A stretch of DNA of 64,000 nt from Octopus sinensis (Eukaryota), in NCBI RefSeq assembly GCF_006345805.1, contig NC_043002.1, positions 96,348,001 to 96,412,000 of the forward strand, read 5' to 3'. The notes beneath the pieces were generated by a model that made no database searches, was not told where the DNA came from, and saw nothing but the letters and a program-made list of their open reading frames with translations. This document shows positions 51,701-64,000 of this stretch, one piece after another. Position 1 is the first letter of the stretch; every line of letters starts with the position of its first letter. The position numbers were made by a program, and so were the translations under genes.

Positions 51701-53158
51701 AGCCTTCATCAGGTGTCTTGGGGGAAATTTCGAACCTGGGTTCTCATTCCTAAGGTAATTTTCGATGTTGTTGTCTTTATTATTATTATATTATTATTAT
51801 TATTATTATTCAGGTCACTGCCTGGAATTGAACTTGGAATCTTGGAGTTAGTAGCTCGCACTCTTAACCACTACGCCAGACAATGACCTGAATAATAATA
51901 ATGCTAATAATAATAATCGAAAAATACCTTAGGAATGAGAACCCAGGTTCGAAATTTTCCCAAGACACTTGATGAAGGCTGGAGGGTATATCAGTCAAAA
52001 CATCGTGTTAACAACAAACAAGATGAGGACAAATATCCGTTAAATGTAAATAATGGTCTTCTGTTGCTGTTGTGAGTCCGTCTTTCTTCTTTGCTGCTTC
52101 AGGAGACCAATATCATGCATTACTTGCTTCTTTTCCAGAGCTCACTAACTTGTCCTTTAGACCTACTGAGCTCGTCCACTCCATGAGAGACTTCATCTCC
52201 ATGAAGGGACCTCCTGATTTTCCCATCCACATTGGTTGGCACCAGACAAGCTCAGAGCAGCTCAAGCCGAATTCGAACATATGCACAGGAGTGGCTGTGT
52301 GGTAAGTAGTTTGTTTACCAACCACATGGTTCTGGGTTCAGTCCCACTGCATGGCACCTTGGGCAAGTGTCTTCTACTATAGCCTCGGGCTGACCAAAGC
52401 CTTGTGAGTGGATTTGGTAAACAGAAACTGAAAGAAGCCCGTCGTATGTATGTATATGTATGTGTGTGTGTGTGTATGTATGTGTTTGTCCCCCCAACAT
52501 CGCTTGACAATTGATGCTGGTGTGTTTACATCCCCATAACTTAGCGGTTCGGCAAAAGAGAATGATAGAATAAGTACTAGGCTTACAAAGAATAAGTCCT
52601 GGGGTCGATTTGCTCGACTAAAGGCAGTGCTGCAGCATGGCCACAGCCAAATGACTGTAACAAGTAAAAGAGTATATGCTCCAGCTCAGTCTGATTTGGC
52701 CATCTACGAGCCCATGAGCTGCTCCCTTGCACATGACTCACAAAAGTAACGCTGATTTTTGCCCTGCAGATGCCTCAACCACCCAACAGATGGTCTATAT
52801 CTGCTCTATATGGATGCATTATCTTTTCCAAGATAGACCTGGTATGCACATACCTATTTCTTTACTACCCACAAGGGTAGTAAGCTATGTGCTTCCACAC
52901 ACACACACACACACATATATATATACACACACTCATACACAGAAAGACAGATATCTCTCTCTCTCTTTACTCTTTTACTTGTTTCAGTCATTTGACTGCG
53001 GCCATGCTGGAGCACCGCCTTTAATCGAGCAACTCGACCCCGGGACTTATTCTTTGTAAGCCTAGTACTAAGTAACGGGGACATAAACACACCAGCATCG
53101 GTTGTCAAGCAATGCTAGGGGGACAAACACAGACACACAAACACACGCACGCATATAT

Positions 53159-53202
<44 letters not shown>

Positions 53203-56200
53203 TACGACGGGCTTCTTTCAGTTCCGTCTACCAAATCCACTCACAAGGCTTTGGTCGGCCCGGGGCTATAGTAGAAGACACTCGCCCAAGGTGCCACGCA
53301 GTGGGACTGAACCCGGAACCATGTGGTTGGTAACCAAGCTACTTACCACACAGTCACTCCTGTATGTATGTGCGAGAGTTTATATTTACGAATGTAAAAA
53401 CCTGTTTAATTTTCAAAAAGGTAACCTAGTGCTTCATTAGAGATCTATAAAAATGAATACCAAACTAAAATAAGTATTGAGAGGGAGGGTCAATATGCTT
53501 GACTAAAACCTTTGAAGTCTATGCCCTAGCATAGCTACAGACCAGTGACAGAAAAGAGTGAAAGAATGAACTTAATTTCAAAATAATTAACATTTTTTAA
53601 ATTGAAATCAATAAGTTATAACTTACCTGGTGACTAACAGCAGTTGCAGCTTCTGAAGCAACTAACTTAGCCATGGCTGATTCCTGTAACAGTGAAAAAC
53701 TTGTTAATGAATTAACATCAACTGATTTATCTAACATGACTTTCTCTGATATTGAACAACTCTTACAAAATAGGGTCTTCTAGCTGAAAAATAAAGCAGT
53801 TCTGTTGAAGGTTATATCCTTTGTTCACTTTAATGATTACTACATTGGTACCTAATTTTTAAAATTGCAAAACTTATGTCATCTCTGCTTTGAAACCAGA
53901 TGATTCACAAATGTAGTGACCATGTGCAAGATAAGTTGATATGTTGTAGCTATTCCAATTTCAGCTGAGATTGGCCCTGATCAAGATCTATGATTGAGGG
54001 AGATTTATTTATCCCTTGTTAGTCAAATGATTGCAGAGAGGTTCTCATTAGCTGTCTATTTTCCAGGCTGACATGGTTTGGACAGATCATCACAGTCCAA
54101 GTCAGTTCTTTATTCAGAGTTATTGCCCTCCTAGATGGATTGAAGGACTATGCCTCATTCATAAGTTTCATCTTTGGCTTGATTGAATTGTGCACACAAG
54201 ATGTAGTCTTTCAATCTGTCTTATAGGGCATCTGGATAAAGAACTAACTGGGCTGTGAAGAGCCATCTAACCCATGCCAACGTAAAAAGAAAATGTAAAA
54301 TGATGATGATGAACCTCAAGCCAATGACACAATGCATCTGTTATTTACACATGTGTGTATATATGTGTAGTGGAGATGAGTACTGTTAAGTAAGAAGTAA
54401 GTTCCTGTCAAGCCAAGTATTAACATAGTTTCAGTTCCTAATTGAAGACTAAGTGAGGTTATGCTTCAGTTGTAACAAGTTTTAGTGTTGTAATGCCATT
54501 GTAGGTTTGCTTCTCAAATACTTAATTTTTTTGCAATATAGTCTAATATGTGGGTGATAATAGTAGATGTATTATTTCAAATGTGTAAGTAGTGCTTCAT
54601 CAAGAAACACATTTGTACCTTATATAATATTTATTTATGAAACAAAGCTATATGATTTAGTCTTCATGAGACACAAACAGTCTGTATATTGACTGGATTA
54701 GCATTGCAGTATAAACCAGAAGTCTTCTGAAATTTGATAGAGATGTCTATATATGGACATTGAGAGAAAAATTCAAGGTTTGTCATCAGTGCATGGTTGG
54801 AACTGGGAACATGAGTAAGTGTTGAGATAGTGATGGGTTGACAGGGTGATAGTTAGATTAATAGTACAAAAAGTTGGATCCATTTAGTGCTGCTAATCAA
54901 TCAAGACTGATGTAGAGCAATAATTATTTTACAGCCCTGAAAACTGATGAAAACAGCAGAGTAATATACTTTTCTTAGGAATGTAATACAATAGCTAAAG
55001 TAAATTTTCAACTTAAAAACTTTAAAACACAGTGGCTGATAGTTGGACATTTGATCTTCACAGTTGCTTACATTATTATCACATGTAATGGGCAAGTGAT
55101 AGAATTATATTTAAAAATAATGAAAAGTACAGAAAACTCTCCAAACAGCACAAGTAATATATGATCATTTATTAGTTATTCTATAACTCAATGAGTTGTT
55201 GGGACATTATTGAAGATTTCAGTTTTATATAGTGTATCTAGAATTAGCCAACCTATCAGAGCTCTTCTTTTTCTAAGCAATATCTACGGTAGAATTTTAA
55301 ATCAACTTTACATGCTAATTATCAATCACACTGTCAACCCACAATTTAAGGTAATAAGTTTATCAACTAATGGAATCTATTATAGTTAGGTGCATTTGAG
55401 AGTTAAGAGGGTTGGTTGTGGACACATCATCATCATCATCATCGTTTAGCGTCTGCTTTCCATGCTGGCATGGGTTGGACGGTCTGGGAAGCCAGTAGGC
55501 TGCACCAGGCCCAGTCTGATCTGGTAATGTTTCTACAGCTGGATGCCCTTCCTAACGCCAGACACTCCATGAGTGTAGTGGGTGCTTTTTACGTGCCACC
55601 AGCACAGGTGCCAGACGAGGCTGGCAAACGGCCATGATCGGATGGTACTTTTTACATGCCACCGGCACGGAGGCCAGGCGAGGCTGGCAACGGCCACAAT
55701 CGGATGGTGCTTTTTACGTGCCACTGGCACACAGTATAGTGTTAATGATGAGATAAAACCCATACTTTTTTTCACTAACAGCATGATATCTTTTTAAAAT
55801 AATAATAATAATGAAATTATTGTATACAGTGCTCAGGTGCACCACAACTTGTCAAAAGTGCGTATAGAGCATATGCAATAATGTACAAATGTCTGGAAAG
55901 TGAACAGTGTATGAGTCTTACAGTATTTCATCACTTGTCACAGTCCTCATACACTGTGAACAGTGTATGAGTCAGATACATTCTTGTGTATGGAGGGGAG
56001 AAAATCAGGTGTAGTGTTGGCAAATCTCAGGAAGCATGGAAGTTTTGAAGGATGCAGTGATTCAGATTATTGTGACTGTATTAAAACAATTTCATAAACA
56101 TACATTTCAATACTAGATTTCCATTATCTTCCACAGTATATTTATATAATCTTACCTTTGAAAAAGGTCTTTTAGCATCCTTTAACATAGCAGCTCTCCA

Positions 56201-59200
56201 TAAAAGAAGACGAGAAGAATCAATTTTGGATGCCATGTCAGCTAATTTCATCTGTAATACAAATATACAAACAGTCATATTATATTGCTTCAAAATATTG
56301 TTGTACATTTTAATGTTTTATTCTAATTCTATGTAAAGATAAATATTTTCTCTTTCAGCTATTATTCCTACACAATTTGATCTTTATTCCTTCCATATAA
56401 GGACACACATACATATGTACAAGTATTCATGCACATATACATATACTCATTGACTATATTCCTCCCCAAATGGTAAGGAAAGAAATTAATCTTTTAGAGT
56501 ACACATGCAATCCTTTATAAGTAAAATATATTTAAAAGTATAGTATACCTGAACAGCTTGTAATTTAGCAATTGGGGCTCCAAATGCTTCTCTTTTAAGA
56601 GAATATGCCACAGCACAATCCATTGCAGCCTAATAGAGAAAACAAATGCAGTAAGGAAATAGATAAAAAAAATTCCAAATTTAAAGAGACATTGAAATTT
56701 TAAAATTTTTTCTAAAAATAATTATAAAAGAATTCAATAAAAAGAGCTGATTGAACCAAAATAAATTGATAATAATTTTTACAGTAAAGCAATTTTATCA
56801 CATTTGCAATGGTTCATTACTTTTCTGAATGTAAAACAGATATAGAGTAGTTTGGACTCTTTTGTGCCAATGACTCAATATACCCCCAGACTATATCATT
56901 ATACTACAAGGTCCAGTTTTTGTTGCAGTGTGGTTGTTTGTATGCCTCAATGGCCCAGAGAGCTACGCCAGCAAGGTGCAAGTTCCTGGTAGGGCCTCAC
57001 ATGCTGGACAGGTCAAAAGATAGAGACCAGACTAATATGGACCATCTATATCTTCCCAGAGGTAAAAATGGGTTTGCATAGGGCCAACACCTCTGCCCAG
57101 AAAAAAAGCAAAGTTACAGAAGCATCAATAATTCAAAATCAACAAGACCTGAGAAGTACCCCACCTTTTTACTGAGCCGGTGGCTCTGAAGATAATCCAG
57201 AGTCATGAACAGTGGAGAAAAGTTGTTGATGGCCTATGCTTTATAGGAAGTGAAGGGCTTAACCAATAAAATAAAAAAATATTGTCAAGTGGCTGGTGAT
57301 AGGAAGGGCATTGAGCTGCAAAAACAATGACCTAAAAATCATGACATACATAACGTTAAAGTTTTGCAGTCTTCTTTATTGCTGCATGTAGCAGACAATG
57401 AGGACTGTGACAAGTGATGAAATACTGTAAGACCTATCTTACTCATGTCATCATGGAAAAATGGACATAAAAATAATGATGATGATATTGGTGATGATGA
57501 TTTAAAATAAGCGCAACTTTGACATATTTGATAAATAATTAGTTTATATTAATCAACAGTTTATACCATGTGTTACAAATACATAAATATTTTTTAAATG
57601 GCTTAGTCAGGAGAGAAATACCAGTGCATATCATCCTTTTCAGGACCTCTGTGACTGGTGTGAGGAAAGGAGGAAGTTATCTTTAAACCAGAGACCTGAC
57701 TCAAATGTTTGCAATAAAGTGAATCCTACTAAAGGCACATAAGGACAAGATAATGGTGTTAAACCAGGTAACACATGTTTACAATCTAAAAATGTAATCT
57801 ATCTCTAAGCTGAGTTTCCACAAAGTATCTACCAGCCAAATTTCATTCATAAAGTTTTGGCTAACCTGAGGTTATGGTAGAAGACACTTTATTAAGTTGC
57901 TACACAGTAGGATTGTATCAGAAATCTCATAGTTCTGAAGTGAACTTCTTAACCACACAGTTATACCATGAACAAAAGAAAATTTATAGTTTACCTGAGC
58001 TATTCCGACAGCTTGAGCAGCAATACCAATTCTACCACCGTCAAGAACTTGCTGAAAAATGAATTTTATATTCAATAATTTTAAGGTATTAAACATTCAT
58101 CATCATCATCGCTTAGCGTCCGTTTTCCATGCTAGCATGGGTTGGACGGTTCTACTGGGGTCTGTGAAGCCAGAAGGCTTCATCAGGCCCAGTCAAATCT
58201 GGCAGTGTTTCTACGGCTGGATGCCCTTCCTAACGCCAACCACTCAGTGAGTGTAGTGGGTGCTTTTTACATGCCACCCGCACAGGTGCCAGACAGAGCT
58301 GGCAAACGGCCACGAATGGATGGTGCTTTTTATGTGCCACCGGCACGAGGGCCAGGCGAGGCTGGCAACGGACACGAAACAGGGCAGTGCTGGCAACGGT
58401 TGCGAAACGGAAGGTTCTCTTACATGCCACCGGCACTGGTAACACATCTGCAATTTCCATTGATCGATTCGATTAACACAAAACTCTTGATTACAAAATG
58501 TAATCAATCACAAATATTTACAGTTTACTTTATATTAACGGAAACTTACCATAGCAATTTTAAAACCAGCTCCTTCTGGACCAAGGATATTTTCTTTAGG
58601 AATTTTGCAATCATCAAAAATTAAATTACATGTTGAAGAACCCCTGATGCCAAGTTTGTCTTCTTTTTTCCCAAGAGAAAACCCTTCAGAAGATGTTGGT
58701 ACAATAAATGCACTTATACCCTGTTTAAAATGATAAATATAAAGATTATTTATACCCTCTGTAATTACATTTAGTTTTGTAAATCCTAAATATTATTGTT
58801 ATTTCTCATATCATGTCTCAAAAGAAAACTAATACCTGATAAGAATAATTTTTTTGCTTGTATCATATGAAACAACTACAAAACTTAACTAGAAATGCTT
58901 AAAAGAATATATATGTAATGGTAGTGGTCAACAATTAGGCGGTGAGCTGGCAAAAACGTTAGCACGCCGGGCGAAATGCTTAGCAGTCTGCTGCTACGTT
59001 CTGAGTTCAAATTCCGCCGAGGTCGACTTTGCCTTTCATCCTTTCGGGGTAGATTAAATAAGTACCAGTTACGCACTGGGGTTGATATAATCGACTTAAT
59101 TCGTTTGTCCCCTCTGTGTGTAGCCCCTTGTGGGCAATAAAGAAATAGGTAGTGGTCAACAATTTGTAATCAATGCCTGTTATGGTGCAACGTCAGGATC

Positions 59201-60054
59201 ACCACTTTGTAATGGTAGATATTAGTGTAACAGCCGAATCCCCAATTTGTAATGGTAGAAGTTTATTTTTGTAATGGTTGAAATTAATTAGTGTACAATA
59301 ATATGGAACGTTGAAGTTGTAATCAGTTTGTAAGGATTGGTTCTTCGTTGATTGCCATTATGTAAAGATAAAAGAACAGTGATTGAAGTTGTGAAGAAAA
59401 TATCCATTTTACCATTACATTGTAAGATACCTTGCCTCGACAAGCAGGTGATAAAATCGTAATGCATGCCAAGTAAAGATGTAGATTTTCCTTGTGTAGT
59501 TTGTGTTTGTGTTCTCGTCATTGTGTAATAGTAATTACAGATAGAGATGGAGTAAAGTTCTAAGAAGAAAGTGAGCTGAGCTAGTGATAGTGAAAGAGTC
59601 GAGGGAAGTTGTCTCACATAGTTGCTGATTGTAACTTTCTTTTTTCCTCTGGCTGTTTGTCTTTAGTGGTTGCCTGCTTGTGGCCATGATTCTAGTGGTC
59701 CGTTCACTAACTGTTGGTCGCTGTCTCTAACTCAGGTTCTCACTAACTGACTAACTTTTACTTGGGGGTTCTTGATTTAATAACTATTAAGAAGGATAGA
59801 CATATCGTTGAGAACAATAGATTTCGTTGGTGGTACTTGTTATCTTAATTCTAGCTTTCAGTGAAATAGAAGAGGTTAGAAGGGTCAAGTGGCAAAGATA
59901 TTATTTTGCTTAGCTAAGATATTTGTAAAATGTAAACTGCTGTCACAGAAAACTATCATAGAAAAACTATTGTTTTACCATGAGAAAAATACTGTTGAAG
60001 TGTTAATTTAAATTTGGCTATCTAGGATCAAATCTACTTAATGCCTGCAAGATC

Positions 60055-60097
<43 letters not shown>

Positions 60098-62310
60098 TAA
60101 ATTATGAGATGCTACATCAATTTTCATTTGAAAATGTATGATATATGGTCTTAAAATATAAATAACTAACAATACCTTGTGTTTCTTAGCTTTGTCTGTT
60201 GTTGCAAAAACCTGAAAGAAAATATTCAAAATACCTAAAGTAGATTTAAAAAACAAAAATACTCTACAAGTAAAATGAATAAAGCACTATATGTCAGTCA
60301 TTCATGAAGACCACCAAAATTATCTATTATTAGAAAGATGAAATTTAAAAAAATAATTTATTAGAGAAATAAAATATCTATATATAAGCCAATAAGACAT
60401 CTATATATAAAGTGAGAGAAAACTGTATGATAATTAGATATACAGACTGAAGGACAGATTACATAGAGGGAAAGATGTGTAAAGGGAACTGGTTGCTTCT
60501 TTACACTTTTTGGGTGCAACTTGGGTGCAACACAATTTCCTTTCTTTTTGTTTCTAGAAACTACCAGTCAGGAACAAAACGCAACTTTAAAAATATACAT
60601 GATTCTTTATTCTCTTATTCACAAATGAAGCATGTTGGTATATTGGTATCCACTTAGTTCAACACAGCAAGGCTGAATTTTAATGTTTGTAAGAATCTTA
60701 CAACAATTCAGCAACAACAGAGCAGGTCAAATCCTAAGCGTCTGGGACAGGAGAATAGGCTGATTACACGTTTAAAAATATGTCCTTTCTCTTCTATTGC
60801 CGTGTCTCAAGTCAACGACGCTATTAAGGAATGCGATAGAATTTCTTCCCCAGTCTCTAGCGCATGTGCATGAGGGAACGAACTTCCTTATGCCTTTCCA
60901 GAAGGTTCCAGAAGTTCCAACCCCGCACACGCACACTGAAGAAGGACGTTCCGCACACGCATACTGAAGAATACGTTCTGCACACGCACACTGAAGAATG
61001 ACGTTGCGTGTGCGCACACTGGAATATAACGTCACTACAGATGTTTTATACTTACACATAGATACACTGTTATACATGCGTCCTCCACCACCTCTTACTC
61101 CCTTCCCATAAAACAGCATTCCCACCTGATCCCTAACCATTCCCCCAACCACTTTTTCTTATACTTTTTATATTGCCTAATATCTTTTCTCATTCTTTTA
61201 TTTTTTTCTGATGAAAGACAAATATCTGAAAAGTCATGAGATTTTCTCTTCTTTTTAAACATTAAACTAATACAACATTTCTTAAAGCATGTCATTTCCC
61301 TGTTCTTTGTTCACTGCCTAATGTACACACACACATACAGGCACACAGACACACACAAACAATTGACAACATATTGTAAAAATAAAAGTCAAGAGAAAGA
61401 AAACAGCATGTTTTTTTTTTTATTTGGTTGGTTGGGGTGAGGGCTACAGTCAAAGTTATCTATAAGTGATAGCCCCACTTCGTGCATATGAATAGTTTTA
61501 CAATGTGGGTCACACTTGATATTTGTACGAGTTGGTAACTGATTGGAAGTGAAGTAAATTCTGGCCTTAAAGAAGAATCTTTTCTTTGTAATGCAGTTTT
61601 GGCAATGTTATATATGCACATGTCCTAGTGGTTCGAGCAGCAGACACACAGTCGAGGGATCGCAGGTTCGAATCTCAGACCAGGCAATGTGTGTGTTTAT
61701 GAGCAAAACACCTAAACTCCCCGCGGATTCGACAGATGGTAATGGCGAACTTCTGCTGACTCTTTTGCCACAACTTTCACTCTTTCCTCCAGCATCTTGC
61801 AGCTCACCTGCAACAGATTGGTGTCCCATCCAGGTGAGGAACCTATGTGCCAAGGAAACCAGCCTTATGAGCCAGGGATGGCTTGAGAAGGAACAAACAA
61901 CAAACAGTTGTTATAAGAGTTCCTCATAATTTGTAATGATTCTGATGATTTTTAATTGTGACTATTAATGACTAGAGAAGATGACAAACTAAAGAAGACT
62001 GTGACTATGCAACAGCAAAACTTAGTTGTACTCATATATCAACCCGTCTGTAACCAAAGATGTTTTCAACATCACCAAAAAAATGTAGTACACATCGTCA
62101 TCCAGTGAGAAAGATAACAGGAAATAGAACTCTTGCAGTGGCTGATACAATAAAAATGATGTGGATGAAGAATAATGATTAAGCAAATACTTACAATTGC
62201 TGCTGAAGCTTCATAGCCATTGGTGATCCATGACTTGGTACCATTTAGCACCCAATGGTCACCATGCAGGTGTGCAACTGTTGATGCTGCAGCTGCATCA
62301 CTCCCATTAC
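48769..62310 (-). CDS. ACADS: Short-chain specific acyl-CoA dehydrogenase, 3' part; join(complement 62195-62310, 60176-60211, 58550-58720, 57995-58051, 56549-56629, 56156-56251, 53627-53683, 48769-48930); 5' exons outside the window
   Basis: Eight exons with AG/GT boundaries read in one frame: [11 protein letters not shown]...[11 protein letters not shown] / [12 protein letters not shown] / GISAFIV...[25 protein letters not shown]...GFKIAM / [19 protein letters not shown] / [25 protein letters not shown] / MKLADMA...[10 protein letters not shown] / [14 protein letters not shown] / [41 protein letters not shown]. Confidence 0.93.
49072..49214. repeat. Imperfect inverted repeat in the last ACADS intron
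   Basis: gtttcatgcaat...acacaggcagcat and atctggtaccttcatgcaatc pair with gattgcatgaaagcaccagat-gctgcctgtgt...attacatgaaac. Confidence 0.7.
51590..52057. mobile_element. Fold-back insertion: tRNA-headed SINE (-) with a hammerhead-derived tail plus an inverted copy of its body; 11-bp TSD
   Basis: Arms 51629-51817 and 51884-52052 are inverted copies. Loop 51818-51883 reads on - as TGGCGTAGTGGTTAAG...GTTCAATTCC (A and B boxes). cttctgttgct flanks both sides (51579-51589, 52058-52068). Confidence 0.75.
52283..52674 (+). mobile_element. SINE family A inserted in the Gypsy RT
   Basis: Family match; atatgc flanks both ends. Confidence 0.85.
52966..53363 (-). mobile_element. SINE family A with a small internal deletion
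   Basis: Family match; tail-to-tail with the 52283 copy. Confidence 0.85.
55423..55735 (-). mobile_element. SINE family B
   Basis: (CAT)n then cgtttagcgtctgctttccatgctggcatgggttggacgg...; family match. Confidence 0.78.
58096..58470 (-). mobile_element. SINE family B, near-identical to the copy at 6465-6845
   Basis: Shares diagnostic segments such as ggttctactggggtctgtgaagccagaaggcttcatcagg and gacacgaaac...ggaaggttctcttacatgcc. Confidence 0.82.
58937..59147 (+). mobile_element. SINE family C with 17-bp TSD
   Basis: ggtagtggtcaacaatt at 58920-58936 and 59148-59164. Confidence 0.85.
60924..61005. repeat. Short minisatellite, 3 units of 27-28 bp
   Basis: gcacacgcacactgaagaa(g)gacgtt recurs at 60924, 60952 and 60979. 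Confidence 0.7.
61620..61905 (+). mobile_element. Older tRNA-derived SINE, different family
   Basis: CTAGTGGTT...GGTTCGAATCTC (A/B boxes), central gattggtgtcccatccagg and an A/C-rich tail. Confidence 0.55.
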
Positions 62311-62789
62311 CTGAATGATAAATAGACAGATTTAAATAGAATCTTATCACTAAGTTTCATGCTATAAATTCATAGAGGTCTGGCTCACATACACACACGA
62401 ATAAAAAAGCTACAAGCAAGAACTGTAGGTGTACAAGGAATAAAAGGAATGTTTAACATCATCATTTAACATCCTTTTTCCTCTGCTGGCATGGGTTGGA
62501 CAGTTTGATAGGAACTGATGAGCTCCAATGTCTGGTTTGGCATGGTTTCTATCGCTGGTGCCTTTCCTGATACCGATTACTTTACAGAATGTACTACGTA
62601 GTTTTCTTTCCTTTTTTTTAAAATTTTTATTTCATGGCACCAACACTTGTGAGGTTGCCAAGTACTCACAAGACAAGACCCCCTCAACCGAGTGGAGTAT
62701 AGTATTGAAGGATGTGAAAATATGAAAGAGGGACAAGAACAAGTATCTTACTGAAGAGGTGAATACATGGGTTCCTCAGCTGGAGAGAG

Positions 62790-62859
<70 letters not shown>

Positions 62860-64000
62860 TGGTGAGGGCATACTTTCAAAGTTCAAGGTGAATATGCGAG
62901 AGAGAGAATAGGGATAGGGGAACAGAAAAGGTGAGTGAGTAGGTAGGTGTAAAAGAGTGAGAAAGTGTGGACAGGCACAACAGGATTGCACTACTCTTGC
63001 CTTACTTTCCTCCAATAGTGGCTTTTTTTTTTTTATAAGCATTTCTCTTTTAGGACTGAATTAATTCTTGAAGACTTTCTTGAACTCTAATGATTATCTT
63101 TGATTATCAGATAAATCGTCACTATATAAATCATATGCAAAAACTCAGTTTTCTAATAACACTTTAGCCATTTTCAGGAAAGAATTATAACTCTAAAAAT
63201 ATTTTATATAAAATTAACAAAATAGTTAGAAATAGAGAAGATGAAAGTGATTTATGCTAATTGAATGACCAACTTATATCTCATTAGACAATAATATGGA
63301 TAGTATAGGGGTCATGAGTTACTAAGGTCCTTGGACATCTTATTAGCTTTGGCATCAAGACCAAATAAACTAGTTGGCTCAACAGCAAGTAGAGTTAGTT
63401 TTCCTTACCCAAAGCTCAAGATAATTATCACAGAATATGATACTGTTATCTATAAACAATCTATAACCAAGAAAACTTTAATATATCAGATGTAATTTTT
63501 CAATATTACCTCATCATTAAATGATATACTCTGGTATGTAGTTAACAAATGTGATATTTTCTTAGTTATTATCACTTATTTACAAGGTGGGGAGCTGGAA
63601 GAAACATTAGCATGCTGGACAAAATGTTTAGTGGCATTTTGCCTGTCTTTATGTTGTGAGTTCAAATTCCACTTAGGCCAACTTTGTCTTTCATCCTTTT
63701 GGGGTCAATAAAATAAGTAAAAGTTGAGCACTGGGATTGATATAATTGACTAGACCACTCCTCCAAAATTTCAGGCCTTGTGACTATAAAAGAATGGATT
63801 ATCATCTGTTTATATGTTCCCAACTTAATATTTAGCTTTTCTTAAACTAAATAAATTTCTCTGTTATCCCTGATATACTTAGGTGTTTTCTTGACCTTGA
63901 CCTAATACTTTACAAGACACTCTTATCTAATGTACATAAAACGTTTTATTTTTTATTTAACTGCACTACCTAACTTATTCTTCTCATAAAGTAATTTCTG

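Larger units (their letters stand above)
50400..52860 (+). mobile_element. Decayed Ty3/Gypsy LTR retrotransposon (gag-protease-RT start) interrupted by two younger insertions
   Basis: [11 protein letters not shown] (gag), [12 protein letters not shown] and [15 protein letters not shown] (protease region), [22 protein letters not shown], continuing after the SINE as LQL...PSTSPxAAPLHM and IIFSKIDL (RT). Confidence 0.78.

Noticed and set aside
51818-51883. tRNA-like sequence on the minus strand
   Set aside because: A and B boxes are present but the acceptor stem does not close cleanly and it runs into a repeat body; treated as a SINE head, not a tRNA gene.
59288-59760. Minus-strand ORF-like stretch possibly from a LINE ORF1
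   Set aside because: No recognisable motif; cannot be assigned without a search.
62311-64000. Next upstream ACADS exon (expected ...CFALSEP)
   Set aside because: No matching frame with splice sites was found; it presumably lies beyond the window.

Overview
AT-rich, repeat-dense animal genomic DNA. The SINE, Helitron and mariner repertoire and the (TA)n/(CA)n load look like an octopus (coleoid cephalopod) genome; this is recognition from repeat style, not a database result. Four spliced genes can be assembled by hand with GT-AG boundaries and consistent phase. (1) Last exon of a 4-coumarate-CoA ligase/luciferase-like acyl-CoA synthetase (+, 1533-1660). (2) PET117 (-, 2 coding exons, 74 aa). 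(3) A DFFA/ICAD-like CIDE-N protein (+, 4 coding exons, 203 aa, with a DTAD/G caspase-type site). (4) The 3' eight coding exons of a short-chain acyl-CoA dehydrogenase (ACADS-like, -). Almost all other listed ORFs are artefacts of SINEs, minisatellites and microsatellites. The most striking unexplained structure is a set of minimal type I hammerhead ribozyme (HHR) motifs in several unrelated small elements. One looks intact (45620-45710). Two lie in a ~518-bp head-to-tail duplication resembling a non-LTR retrozyme (44473-45470). Decayed copies form the tail of a tRNA-headed SINE inserted as one fold-back unit with an 11-bp target-site duplication (TSD; 51579-52068). Further relics lie at 19863 and 43877-44106. 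Also notable: a Helitron carrying an array of GCGCATGCGC (NRF1-type) palindromes, inverted SINE pairs in introns, and a SINE-derived higher-order tandem array.
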